Positions 10,140-19,930 of a DNA stretch of 45,894 nt are shown piece after piece. The notes under the pieces are model-generated. The model saw only the letters and a list, made by a program, of their open reading frames with translations, was not told the DNA's origin and ran no database searches. The stretch covers positions 1-45,894 of the forward strand of contig JADHQS010000003.1 in assembly GCA_016777845.1 (NCBI GenBank). The letters are read 5' to 3'. Within the stretch, counting starts at the first letter, position 1. Each line of letters begins with the position of its first letter. The stretch comes from Candidatus Actinomarina sp. (lineage in GTDB: Bacteria; Actinomycetota; Acidimicrobiia; Actinomarinales; Actinomarinaceae). Made by a program: the position numbers and the translations under genes.

Positions 10140-11030
10140 TTAAAGCGAATTGATAAATAAATTATTTTTTGAAAGATCAATGCTTACATATATATAAGAA
10201 ATCCACAAAAAATCGGCAATTGCCAGGTGCAATATGCTTAAAGGCAGAACTATATTGGATAAAACATTTATGACTCCCAGAAATACAGCAATAAGTATTA
10301 ATATTTGTAATGGTTTAACGCCTACATTATATTTTTTTCTAACCCCGGTTGCGTAAACGTATAAAACTATCGATAGTGTTGAGGAAATAATTGGGTGTAA
10401 AATTCTTAATCTAGTCAACACTTCGGATGTTCTGTCAAAATCTGCTAAAAATCCTTCAACAAATGAAGTACTTGGAAATAAGACGTCAGCCAAAGCAGTG
10501 ATTGAGCCAGTTGCTCCACTTAGAAGAAACAAAGAAGAAATTAACAAAAAGTTTTTGGTGAACATACTTTTTATGTTCTGAAGATCATCTTGGAGTATTT
10601 TATATAATATTGCATAACTCCCTAGCAAACCAAAAGTGTTTACTAAATGAATTGGAACTGCAATGATTCTTGGGAGTGAACTATTAAGACCTACCCATTC
10701 AAAAATGACAATTACTGCTCCAATTAGCGCCTCAAAAATTACGAAAAAAGTAAGGTAATTAGTTACTATTCTTACCAAAGAGTCTTTTTGATATTTCCTA
10801 GTCTTTGCAAAAATTATCAAAGTAACAACTAATAAAACTCCACTTACAGAACGATGGGAAAATTCAATTAATTCTGAAGAATCTGATAATGCAGGAATTA
10901 TCTTTCCTTTACATGTAGGCCATGTAGCTCCACATCCATCTCCAGACCCGGTAGCCCTAACAAATGCACCAGCCAAAATTGAAGCTATTGATAATAAAAG
11001 ACCTGCTTTTGCGTAAGACTCGACTTTCAC
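10140..11030 (-). CDS. ctaA: Heme A synthase (COX15/CtaA, type 1)
   Basis: GAFVRATGSGDGC..WPTC cysteine pair, EFSHR, three further conserved His and about 8 hydrophobic segments; GTG start overlaps the upstream stop. Confidence 0.9.
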   Translation of the reverse strand: MKVESYAKAGLLLSIASILAGAFVRATGSGDGCGATWPTCKGKIIPALSDSSELIEFSHRSVSGVLLVVTLIIFAKTRKYQKDSLVRIVTNYLTFFVIFEALIGAVIVIFEWVGLNSSLPRIIAVPIHLVNTFGLLGSYAILYKILQDDLQNIKSMFTKNFLLISSLFLLSGATGSITALADVLFPSTSFVEGFLADFDRTSEVLTRLRILHPIISSTLSIVLYVYATGVRKKYNVGVKPLQILILIAVFLGVINVLSNIVLPLSILHLAIADFLWISYIYVSIDLSKNNLFINSL

Positions 11031-11629
11031 AATAAATTATCTAAAAATGTTCTAAGTGAATCCCAAAATAAGGAGAATGAATTATAAATAACAATAAAAA
11101 GCACCAGGAGCAAAGCTGTTGTTTTGAGATTTCTAGTTAAATAAAAACCAATTTGTTTTTGATCATATATATATGGCTCTTCGTCGGAAAACTCAAGGAG
11201 GTTAGTAGTTTGAACTGGTTTTGTAAGATATTCTTCTAAAGTTTCTTCTTTTACCTCAGAAACCTCAATTGATTCATAATCAAAATCATAAAGTGTTGAT
11301 TCTTTTCTTTGGAAGGTATTTCGAAGTTTATCAATTCTAGTTTGCTTAATTTGCACATCATCATTTTTTATTGAGAAGAGACTTTCTTCAGTTAATAATG
11401 AACCTACTTCTTTTAATTGTTCCGTTGAGAACCCATCAAGCGTCTGTGTTATTTCGGTACCTAACAATCCTTCAAGAGCATTAATAATTTTTTTATTCGT
11501 AGGAAAACTCGTTCCAGCTTCCCATTGCTTAACATCTTTTACTTTTACCCCTGTAAAAGAAGCAATCTGTTTATTACTTAAGCCCCTATCAGCTTTAAGT
11601 CTTTTAAATTCTATTTGAAAATTATTCAT
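11027..11629 (-). CDS. XRE-type helix-turn-helix protein with C-terminal transmembrane helix
   Basis: From ATG 11629: FKRLKADRGLSNKQIASFTGVKVKDVKQWEAGTSFP (XRE HTH), an acidic linker and hydrophobic ALLLVLFIVIY. TAGAAT sits 7 nt before the ATG. The track's longer N-terminus is antisense to tRNA-Sec. Confidence 0.75.
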   Translation of the reverse strand: MNNFQIEFKRLKADRGLSNKQIASFTGVKVKDVKQWEAGTSFPTNKKIINALEGLLGTEITQTLDGFSTEQLKEVGSLLTEESLFSIKNDDVQIKQTRIDKLRNTFQRKESTLYDFDYESIEVSEVKEETLEEYLTKPVQTTNLLEFSDEEPYIYDQKQIGFYLTRNLKTTALLLVLFIVIYNSFSLFWDSLRTFLDNLL

Positions 11630-11680
11630 TACTTTAATTCTATTCAATATAATTTTTTTTATATAACTAGTCTTAAGTAC

Positions 11681-11772
11681 GGAGGTGAATGAGCGCCTGG
11701 TGGGCTCCACAGTCTTCAAAACTGTTGAAAGGTGTAAAAGTCTTTGGCAGGTTCGATTCCTGTCCACCTCCG
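11681..11772 (+). tRNA. selC: tRNA-Sec (anticodon TCA)
   Basis: Acceptor GGAGGTG(A)/(C)CACCTCC with G discriminator; D-arm GAGC-G-CC TGGT GG-GCTC; anticodon arm ACAGT-CT TCA AA-ACTGT (TCA at 11716-11718); long variable arm; T-arm GCAGG-TTCGATT-CCTGT. 92 nt, CCA not encoded. Confidence 0.95.
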
Positions 11773-11807
11773 CTACTTTATAAGATATATATGTTTAATA
11801 TAGAAAA

Positions 11808-12137
11808 ATGGCAGAAGAAAAAAGCTTATTAGATGAGGTGCAAGAAGCACCTGCTGGTTTCAAAGTTTCTCCAGGTTGGAGAGTTGGTCACTTAAAAGAA
11901 GAGACAATTACTAAATCAGGGCTTTTTGTACCAGCTGGTAGTGAAAAAACTTCAGAAGCACTTCCTCTTATTGATGTTGATACAAGACAGCAGTTCTGGG
12001 CTGTAGCTAGTGGTGCATGGAAATTTATCTGGCCTCCAACTGGAAAAGTAGTTTTAGCTGTTAGAGAATCTCAAATTATTGCTGAAGAAGAGCTTTCAAA
12101 ATCTTCTCAAAATGGCCAATTACCTATAATGAAATAA
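11808..12137 (+). CDS. Hypothetical protein with divergent GroES/Cpn10-like motifs
   Basis: EETITKSGLFVP resembles the GroES mobile loop and VVLAVRESQIIA resembles the C-terminal strand (LIMSESDILA). TAATAT sits 6 nt before the ATG; the stop abuts hflX. Confidence 0.6.
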   Translation: MAEEKSLLDEVQEAPAGFKVSPGWRVGHLKEETITKSGLFVPAGSEKTSEALPLIDVDTRQQFWAVASGAWKFIWPPTGKVVLAVRESQIIAEEELSKSSQNGQLPIMK

Positions 12138-13457
12138 TTGAATCAAAGAAATAATCCAAACCAATCAGACAGAAGGCTTCTAACAGTATCTGATAGAGAT
12201 ATCTTTGTCACTACTCAAAAAGCATTATTAATTGGAATAGTCTTAAAAAACGAAATAAGAGCTGACAAGGAAGAGTCTCTTAAAGAGCTTGTAAATTTAG
12301 TAAAAACTGCTGGATCAAGTCCAACAATAATCCAGACTAAAAGGGTTGAAAAAATTGATCCTAAAACTTTTATTGGTAAAGGTTCTATAAAAGAATTGGT
12401 AGATATCTCAGATGCAAATGATATTGATGTGGTTTTATTTGATTGCGAATTAACTCCAAATCAACAGAAAGAATTGAGAGCTTTATTCAAGTGTGATGTA
12501 GTAGACAGGACTGGTCTTATCCTTGATATATTTGCACTTCATGCTCAGTCAAAGGAAGCCAGCTTACAAGTTGAATTAGCTTTATCAATTTACTTAAAAC
12601 CACGTTTAGCCGGCTTAGGTAAAACTTTGAATCAGCAGGGCGGTGGTATAGGAACAAGAGGACCTGGAGAAACAAAGCTTGAAACAGACAATAGATTGAT
12701 AGACAACAGAATTAATAAATTAAAAAGGGAAATTAAAAAAGTTAGTAAACAAAGAGAAGTGCAATCTAGCTTTAGAAAGAAAAATAATACACCCCTTGTT
12801 TCAATTGTTGGTTATACGAATGCAGGAAAATCTACCATGCTAGAAAAAATTACTTCTTCGAAAACATACGTAGCTAATGAGTTATTTGCAACTGTTGATT
12901 CTTTACAAAGAGAGTTAAAAATTGATGGAATAAATGAGCACATAATACTCTCAGATACAGTTGGGTTTATTCAAAATCTTCCAACAACATTGATCGAATC
13001 TTTTAAATCAACACTTACAGTTGTTAAAGAAGCAAATTTATTAATTCATGTTGTTGACGCAGCATCCGCAATACCCGAAATGCATATAAATACTGTGCAT
13101 GAAATACTAGACCAGATTGAAGCAGATGTGCCTGAAATATTGGTTTTTAATAAAATAGATAGAATTGACAAGGCGTCTTTAAATTATTTAACGGAAAAAT
13201 ATCCAGATGCAATATTTGTATCATCAACAAAAGGGACAAACATTGAAAAATTAATTTCTGAGATTACAACAAATGTCTTTGGTGATCTAAATGAAGTTTC
13301 ACTTATAATATCACCTAAGGACTTGGATCAACTGCACAAGTATTCTTCCATCGTAAGTGTTAAAAATATTGAAGAGGGGTTAGAAGTAATTGTAGAAATT
13401 AGAAATTATTACCTAGAAAATCTGCTTCAAAAAGATGTTGTTAAACTTTTATCATGA
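12138..13457 (+). CDS. hflX: Ribosome-splitting GTPase HflX
   Basis: DRTGLILDIFA.HA, GGGIGTRGPGETKLE, GYTNAGKST, LFAT, DTVGF and NKID motifs; TTG start. Confidence 0.96.
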   Translation: MNQRNNPNQSDRRLLTVSDRDIFVTTQKALLIGIVLKNEIRADKEESLKELVNLVKTAGSSPTIIQTKRVEKIDPKTFIGKGSIKELVDISDANDIDVVLFDCELTPNQQKELRALFKCDVVDRTGLILDIFALHAQSKEASLQVELALSIYLKPRLAGLGKTLNQQGGGIGTRGPGETKLETDNRLIDNRINKLKREIKKVSKQREVQSSFRKKNNTPLVSIVGYTNAGKSTMLEKITSSKTYVANELFATVDSLQRELKIDGINEHIILSDTVGFIQNLPTTLIESFKSTLTVVKEANLLIHVVDAASAIPEMHINTVHEILDQIEADVPEILVFNKIDRIDKASLNYLTEKYPDAIFVSSTKGTNIEKLISEITTNVFGDLNEVSLIISPKDLDQLHKYSSIVSVKNIEEGLEVIVEIRNYYLENLLQKDVVKLLS

Positions 13458-14806
13458 CTAAATCTATTGGTTTAATTGGTATTGGGGTAATGGGTAGCAA
13501 TATTGCTCTTAATTTTTCTGAAAAGGGCACGTCTGTTCACGTATTTAATCAATCTGAAGATAAAATTAATTCTCTTATAGAGAAAGACTCCCATGGGAAC
13601 ATTTCTGGCTCTACTGAACTCGAAAAATTTATAGAATCTTTACCAAAACCGAGAAAAATTCTTATGCTAATTCCATCTGGTAAACCAACATTCGATATGG
13701 CAAAAAAGGTAATTAACTATCTCGAACCAAATGACATATTGATTGACGGGGGTAATGCATACTATCTTGACAGCAACAGATTAGGTGCTCTGTGTGCTGA
13801 GAAAGAGATAGATTTTATAGGAATGGGTGTTTCGGGAGGAGAAGAGGGTGCAAGAAATGGCCCGGCCTTAATGATTGGTTCAGAGAAATCAATTAATACT
13901 GAATTAAAAGATTCTTTATCTTCAATAGCTGCGAGTTATGAAAACTCACTAAGTATTGGGTTTTATAAAGGTTATGGAACTGGCCATTTTATTAAAATGC
14001 TTCATAACGGTATTGAGTATGCTGAAATGCAAATTATTACTGAGGCTTACCATATTTTAAAAAGAGCAAACTATACCAATATTGAGATAAGTGAGTTTTT
14101 CAAGGAACTTTCCACACAAAACAGATCTTCATACTTAATTGAAATAACTTCAAAAATTTTATTAAAGAAAAACGATTCAGGGTATTTACTTGATCAAATA
14201 CAATCTAATGCAAATCATAAAGGAACAGGCAAACTAACAGTTGAGACATCACTTAACTATGGTTTTCCATTACCTAGTGTCTTCGAAGCATTCAATGCAA
14301 GAGTAGAGAGTAACTATGATAACTTATGGTCAAAAAATATTGATGGACAGTTAATAGATATTTCTTCAGAATGTTTAAACAACGCAATATATTTTGCAAG
14401 ACTAGCAACAATGATTCAAGGTTTGCTTTTTATCCAGAATGTGAGTAACAAAGAGCAATTAGACATAGATTTGAAAGAGGTCTTGCAGAATTGGTCAGCT
14501 GGTTGCATTATTAGATCTGACCTTCTAAATGAATTGGGTAGCGCAAAGCTGCTAAACCCTATTACTACAACCTCTTCTATTCAAGATTTATTACAGAATA
14601 ATCTCAGTGATGCAAAAGAAGTAATTAAATCGTGTATTGATAGTGGTATCTCGATTCCTGTTATAGTTTCTTCATACAATTGGTTTGTGGGAACATCAAG
14701 TAAATTTAATCCCTCTGCTTTAATTCAATCTCAAAGAGATTATTTCGGTGCACATCAAGTGCAATTAAAAAATACTGACGAATTTATTCACTTGGACTGG
14801 GATTGA
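13454..14806 (+). CDS. gnd: 6-phosphogluconate dehydrogenase (NADP+, decarboxylating)
   Basis: GIGVMG, IDGGN, GVSGGEEGA, KMLHNGIEY, KGTG, GCIIRS and QRDYFGAH motifs. Confidence 0.95.
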   Translation: MTKSIGLIGIGVMGSNIALNFSEKGTSVHVFNQSEDKINSLIEKDSHGNISGSTELEKFIESLPKPRKILMLIPSGKPTFDMAKKVINYLEPNDILIDGGNAYYLDSNRLGALCAEKEIDFIGMGVSGGEEGARNGPALMIGSEKSINTELKDSLSSIAASYENSLSIGFYKGYGTGHFIKMLHNGIEYAEMQIITEAYHILKRANYTNIEISEFFKELSTQNRSSYLIEITSKILLKKNDSGYLLDQIQSNANHKGTGKLTVETSLNYGFPLPSVFEAFNARVESNYDNLWSKNIDGQLIDISSECLNNAIYFARLATMIQGLLFIQNVSNKEQLDIDLKEVLQNWSAGCIIRSDLLNELGSAKLLNPITTTSSIQDLLQNNLSDAKEVIKSCIDSGISIPVIVSSYNWFVGTSSKFNPSALIQSQRDYFGAHQVQLKNTDEFIHLDWD

Positions 14807-14831
14807 TTTAAATTCTTACTAATATTTTTAA

Positions 14832-17345
14832 ATGAATGAAAACATTAGGCTACCAAAAATAGCAATACCTCACAGATATGAAATCAATCTAGATATTCAC
14901 TTAGAAGAATTTAGCTACGGGGGCAAAGAAGTTGTTTTTTTGGAAATAGTTGATGAAACAAAAGAATTACAGCTTCACTCATTAGGAATTGATATAGAAA
15001 ATGCTTTTATAGAAAATGACACAGGTGAACATATTGAGGCTTCAATTAATTATTTACCCGAAGAAGAGAAAGTTTCACTAATTTTCGAAGATAAAATTAC
15101 TCAAGGAGATTGGCAACTTTATCTTGATTTCAATGCGACTATAGTTGATGAATTAAGAGGATTTTACAGGAGTAGCTTTAAAGATTCAGAAAATAAAGAT
15201 GTTTGGATTGCGACTACTCAATTCGAACCAACAGCAGCAAGAATGGCATTTCCTTGCTGGGATGAGCCAGAATTTAAAGCTATATTTTCCATAGCTTTAA
15301 CCACAGACAAGGATTTGATAAGAATTAGTAATGAAAAAGTGTTGAATGAATCAACTGAAAACAATAGAACTACAACTAAGTTTGTTGACTCTATGAGAAT
15401 GTCAACATACCTAGTAGCTTTTGTTGTTGGTAAATTAGAAGTTTCTAAGATAGGGTCTTCCAAAACAACTGACATAGGAATAGTGCATAGGCCAGGTTTT
15501 TCTGACCAAACTAATTTTGCTGGCTCAGCTGCAATAAAAATTCTGGATTTCTTTGAGGAGTACTACGGGATAAATTATCCAGGATCAAAATTAGATCTTA
15601 TAGCAATACCTGATTTTGCCATGGGTGCAATGGAAAATGTTGGGGCTGTAACTTTTCGAGAAACGCTACTGCTTATTGATGTAGAAAAAGCGACAAGAGC
15701 AGAATTATCAAGGTCCGTTGAAGTAATTGCTCACGAATTGGCTCATATGTGGTTCGGGGACTTGGTAACAATGAACTGGTGGGATGGTATTTGGCTTAAT
15801 GAAGCATTTGCAAGTTTAATGGAAGTTATAGCTTCTGAAGCTACTTACCCCGAATTTAAATTGTGGAATCAGATGAACCTAGACAGGTCAAGAGGGTTTG
15901 GAGTTGATTCATTGAGGTCTTCAAGGCCAGTTGAGTTTGAAGTAAAAACTCCAGAAGAAGCAGAAGAAATGTTTGATGTATTAACCTATCAAAAAGGTTC
16001 TACCGTACTCAGGATGTTTGAAACATTTATAGGTGAAGAAACTTTTAAGGATGGTGTTAGAAAATATCTTAAAAAATATGAGTATAAAAATACACACTCT
16101 TCTGACCTTTGGAACGAACTTACAAGTGCAAGTTCTTATAACCTTAGTGAAATTCTTCCTACATGGATACAACAAGAAGGGTATCCAATTGTAAATATCG
16201 AAAAAGAAGGTTCCCGTTTTAAAATATCTCAAAAGAAATATTTGATTGATGGAAGCACCGACAGCTCTCTTTGGAGTGTGCCCTTAAATATTAGATTCTT
16301 GGATAACGATAAAGTTAATAAATTAGTTATGGATTCTGATTCAATCACGATTGAAAATGATGGTGAAATTCCTTTTATAAATAATGGTGGTTGGTCATTT
16401 TTCCACTCATCATATAGTGAAGATATTTTTGAAGAAATATTATTAAATTTTGAAAAACTTGACTTAAACGAAAAATATAGAATTTTAGAAGATTCTTGGA
16501 TGGCATTACGAATAGGTGAGTTGAAGCTGTCACTTTTTATCAAACTTTTAAACTTATACACAGGAGAAAAAGATGTAAATATTTGGTCTTTAATTAGTGG
16601 CATCTTTTCTACCTTTGCAAAAATTGGAGAAAATGATAGTTTTAAAAATTATGTTAAAGATTTCAGCTATCCGTTAATAGAAACTCTAGGAAAAGAGTAT
16701 CAAGATAAATTTGATCAAGAAGAATCCCAGTTAAGATCCATACTATGTGGGACTTATGCAAAGATAACTGAAGATTCAAAATTTATTGAATTTTTTGCAA
16801 ATCAATTTATTTCAAACGAATATGAAGAATACGCTGATGGTAATTACTTTAATTTAGTTTTATCAATTGCTGGAATGAATAAAGAGTGTTCCTCAGAAAT
16901 ATATATTGAAAAGTTTAAAAATTCATCATCACCGCAAATTGAAGCAAGATACAGAGGGGTCATAGGTACATTGAGTGACCCTGGTACTTCAAAAAATGTC
17001 ATTGGAGCAATTTTGGATAAAACAATCAGAGGAGCAGATGCACCTTATATAATCGCTACTTTACTTTCAAATAGTAAGAATGCTTCTAATGGATTTATAG
17101 AAATAAAAAATAATTGGAGTGCCCTGCTCGAATTAATGCCAGGATGGACAGCATCACGAATACTTGATGCTTTGCCATTAATATATGACGAGTTATTAAG
17201 TGAAGAAATTAAATCTTTTGTTAGTGAAAATCCACTTCCATCAGCCGAAAAAATAACTAAACAAAATATTGAGCGAATAGATGCGAATATAAAATTTAAA
17301 AACACACTAAAGGATGAGTTTGTTAATACTAAATTTGAACTGTAA
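14832..17345 (+). CDS. pepN: M1 family aminopeptidase N (with ERAP1-like C-terminal domain)
   Basis: TQFEPTAARMAFPCWDEP, GAMEN, HELAHMWFG...WLNE and Y.KG motifs. Confidence 0.94.
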   Translation: MNENIRLPKIAIPHRYEINLDIHLEEFSYGGKEVVFLEIVDETKELQLHSLGIDIENAFIENDTGEHIEASINYLPEEEKVSLIFEDKITQGDWQLYLDFNATIVDELRGFYRSSFKDSENKDVWIATTQFEPTAARMAFPCWDEPEFKAIFSIALTTDKDLIRISNEKVLNESTENNRTTTKFVDSMRMSTYLVAFVVGKLEVSKIGSSKTTDIGIVHRPGFSDQTNFAGSAAIKILDFFEEYYGINYPGSKLDLIAIPDFAMGAMENVGAVTFRETLLLIDVEKATRAELSRSVEVIAHELAHMWFGDLVTMNWWDGIWLNEAFASLMEVIASEATYPEFKLWNQMNLDRSRGFGVDSLRSSRPVEFEVKTPEEAEEMFDVLTYQKGSTVLRMFETFIGEETFKDGVRKYLKKYEYKNTHSSDLWNELTSASSYNLSEILPTWIQQEGYPIVNIEKEGSRFKISQKKYLIDGSTDSSLWSVPLNIRFLDNDKVNKLVMDSDSITIENDGEIPFINNGGWSFFHSSYSEDIFEEILLNFEKLDLNEKYRILEDSWMALRIGELKLSLFIKLLNLYTGEKDVNIWSLISGIFSTFAKIGENDSFKNYVKDFSYPLIETLGKEYQDKFDQEESQLRSILCGTYAKITEDSKFIEFFANQFISNEYEEYADGNYFNLVLSIAGMNKECSSEIYIEKFKNSSSPQIEARYRGVIGTLSDPGTSKNVIGAILDKTIRGADAPYIIATLLSNSKNASNGFIEIKNNWSALLELMPGWTASRILDALPLIYDELLSEEIKSFVSENPLPSAEKITKQNIERIDANIKFKNTLKDEFVNTKFEL

Positions 17346-17356
17346 GGAGAATTAAA

Positions 17357-18172
17357 ATGAAACCAAGAATAGCTGTATTTTTACAACCACAACATGCTGA
17401 GTACGATCAAATAAGGGCTGCTGCAATCGAGTCTGAAAAAATAGGTGCAGATGTAATTTATAATTGGGATCATTTTTACCCTCTATACAAAGAAGATGGA
17501 ACCCAGTGGGCCGAAGGAGAAAGACGTGAAGGTAAACACTTTGAATGCTGGACTATGCTTTCAAGTTGGGCAGAGGTAACTAACTCTGTCGAGATAGGTC
17601 CTTTAGTAACATGTAACTCTTATAGAAATCCAGAACTACTTGCTGATATGGCTAGAACTGTTGACCATATATCTGATGGTAGATTAATTTTTGGAATAGG
17701 TTCAGGCTGGTTTGAACAAGACTATGAAGAGTATGGTTATGAATTTGGCACTGCAATATGGAGGTTAAAAGAATTAGAAAAATCACTCGAAAGAATTGTA
17801 AACAGAATGGGAAAACTCGATCCTCAACCTAAACGAAAAATTCCTATTCTTATTGGTGGTGGTGGAGAAAAAGTTACTTTAAGATTAGTGGCTCAGTATG
17901 CAGATATATGGCATGGATTTGCAACAAAAACTGAAGAAAAAAGTGGCATTGAAACAGTCGCACACAAAAATAATGTACTTAATGACTGGTGTGACAAAGT
18001 AGGAAGAGATCCAAATGAAATCAAAAGATCAATTGGAATTGATATAAAAAGAATAGATTTGGCAGATGATTTACTAGAGGCTGGTGCAACTGAAATTACG
18101 CTTGCTGTGAATGGGCCAGGATACGACCTCACACAAGTAAAAGAGTGGATTGCATGGAGAGATTCTAAATAG
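17357..18172 (+). CDS. LLM-class, probably F420-dependent oxidoreductase
   Basis: WDHFYPL, HFECWT, CNSYRNPELLADMARTVDHISDGR and GGGGEKVTL motifs; TAAGGAG ribosome-binding site upstream. Confidence 0.88.
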   Translation: MKPRIAVFLQPQHAEYDQIRAAAIESEKIGADVIYNWDHFYPLYKEDGTQWAEGERREGKHFECWTMLSSWAEVTNSVEIGPLVTCNSYRNPELLADMARTVDHISDGRLIFGIGSGWFEQDYEEYGYEFGTAIWRLKELEKSLERIVNRMGKLDPQPKRKIPILIGGGGEKVTLRLVAQYADIWHGFATKTEEKSGIETVAHKNNVLNDWCDKVGRDPNEIKRSIGIDIKRIDLADDLLEAGATEITLAVNGPGYDLTQVKEWIAWRDSK

Positions 18173-18184
18173 AAAATTGAAACC

Positions 18185-19108
18185 ATGGACATAGTCATTC
18201 TTCTTGTTGGATTTTCGATTGGGTTAGTCTTACTGGTAAAAGGAGCTGATGAAATGGTTGGCTCTGCAGTCCAAATAGCTATAAAATTCAAACTTCCGAG
18301 TTCGATTGTTGGTGCAACGTTTATTGGGTTTGGCACTTCTGCTCCTGAACTTTTTGCAAGTACTGGGGCTGCGCTGAAAGGCGACCTAGATCTTGGTATT
18401 GGCAATATAGTAGGATCAAATATAGCTAATTCTTTACTTGTAGTAGCTGTGTTATATTTAGCATTGCCTAAAGATTTTTCGCAAAAAATAAAATTAAATC
18501 AAATTAGTCCAGTATGGATGGTAATACTCACTACAGTTTTTGTTTCTACTTATGTGCTTACCAATGAGTTTCCTTTTTTACTTGGAGCAGTTTTACTAAT
18601 TCTTGTAACCTATGTCACTTATAAAATGATTAGTACTGAGAGTGTCGATGAAGGAGAGCTCCTTGGGGAAGTAAAAAATTACATATGGGTAAGAGGCGGA
18701 TTATCACTTCTCGCTACTCTCTATGGCAGCCAATTAGTTGTAGACAATGCTGTTGCAATTGCTGAACTATTTGGAGTGTCTTCACTAATTATTGGATCAA
18801 CAATTATTGCTATTGGCACTAGCCTGCCGGAGGTTGCTGGAACAATTTCAGCAGCAAAGATGCGTAAACCTGATATAGTTTTTGGAAATATTTTTGGTTC
18901 AAACTTATTTAATATTGGACTTGTCGGAGCAACTGCAATAATGATAAGTCCTGGTGAAATTAGCTCTTTAATTGATTATCAGCTTTTTATTATGTATTTT
19001 GTTTCGTTTATTGTGATTTTTCTTTCAAGAAATGTAATAAAAAGAAATTCCCTAGTCGGATATTTATTTATTATTGTTTATATTCTGTTTCTTATTAGTT
19101 TGTTTTAA
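18185..19108 (+). CDS. Calcium/sodium antiporter (CaCA, YrbG-like)
   Basis: Two alpha repeats: GTSAPE...GNIVGSNIAN and GTSLPE...GNIFGSNLFN. Confidence 0.92.
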   Translation: MDIVILLVGFSIGLVLLVKGADEMVGSAVQIAIKFKLPSSIVGATFIGFGTSAPELFASTGAALKGDLDLGIGNIVGSNIANSLLVVAVLYLALPKDFSQKIKLNQISPVWMVILTTVFVSTYVLTNEFPFLLGAVLLILVTYVTYKMISTESVDEGELLGEVKNYIWVRGGLSLLATLYGSQLVVDNAVAIAELFGVSSLIIGSTIIAIGTSLPEVAGTISAAKMRKPDIVFGNIFGSNLFNIGLVGATAIMISPGEISSLIDYQLFIMYFVSFIVIFLSRNVIKRNSLVGYLFIIVYILFLISLF

Positions 19109-19928
19109 AATCTTTATTTCTTAAAAATATAAGTAATCCAATTATTGCCAACATCGATCCGCCAATTTGATTCCAAGTAAAACTCCCGATTGTTGAATCA
19201 CCCATTCCAAATCTTAAAGTATCAAGAACAGCTCTTTGTGATCCATACCATACTGCCCAAAGCCCAATCCACGAACCTCTACCAAAAGTAAAACGAGTCT
19301 GAAGATTTCTAAAAATATAAAAGATCAACAATGCAAGAAGTAAATCGTACATGGCTACATGGTGATAAGTTCCACATGTTGTTAAAGGCTCAAAGCACTC
19401 TAGAGAATTATGTTGAGGAGCAACATCGTAACCTGGTTTAATTTCATAACCAAGGAAGAAATCTGTTGCTCTTCCCAAATGCTCCACAATTGCTAAATCG
19501 CCGATTCTTCCAATTACTGTTCCCAGTATTAATCCTGTGGCAGCATAGTCTCCATACTGTTTGAAATCTTGTCTGTTGAGAATTGAAATTTTCAAATAGG
19601 CAGCAATTATACCACCAGCCATTCCGCCCATAATTGAAAAGCTTCCGGCAAGAGTGAAGATGTCATCAAATCCATAATTTGGATTAGCGTACCATTGAGC
19701 TGGAATTGTAAAAAATCTAGCACCCAGTATCGCACCAAAAATAGCCCAAGTAAGTGCTTCGGAAAATAATTCACTGTCAGCACCATCCTCTTCTGACAAT
19801 TTTAAGGCATGATTTGCACCAAAATAGAAACCTATAGCAGCAAAAACTCCATGCAAAGAAAGTGAAATTGGACCAACTTGAGTAATTGGTATTGGCGGAT
19901 AAGTAATCGAAAATAAAAGTTCTTGCAT
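19095..19928 (-). CDS. lgt: Prolipoprotein diacylglyceryl transferase (divergent)
   Basis: GPISLSLHG, GAILGAR, S.MGG..GG, GRIGD, HHVAMYD, R...D.LR and TWNQ align with Lgt motifs. Confidence 0.8.
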   Translation of the reverse strand: MQELLFSITYPPIPITQVGPISLSLHGVFAAIGFYFGANHALKLSEEDGADSELFSEALTWAIFGAILGARFFTIPAQWYANPNYGFDDIFTLAGSFSIMGGMAGGIIAAYLKISILNRQDFKQYGDYAATGLILGTVIGRIGDLAIVEHLGRATDFFLGYEIKPGYDVAPQHNSLECFEPLTTCGTYHHVAMYDLLLALLIFYIFRNLQTRFTFGRGSWIGLWAVWYGSQRAVLDTLRFGMGDSTIGSFTWNQIGGSMLAIIGLLIFLRNKDFKTN

Positions 19929-19930
19929 AT

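Noticed and set aside
11630-11767. N-terminal extension of track ORF 11027..11767
   Set aside because: It is the antisense of tRNA-Sec and its promoter; HTH similarity starts at ATG 11629.
11681-12137. tRNA-Sec as an integration site for an island or prophage
   Set aside because: No integrase and no duplicated tRNA 3' end seen; the flanks are housekeeping genes.
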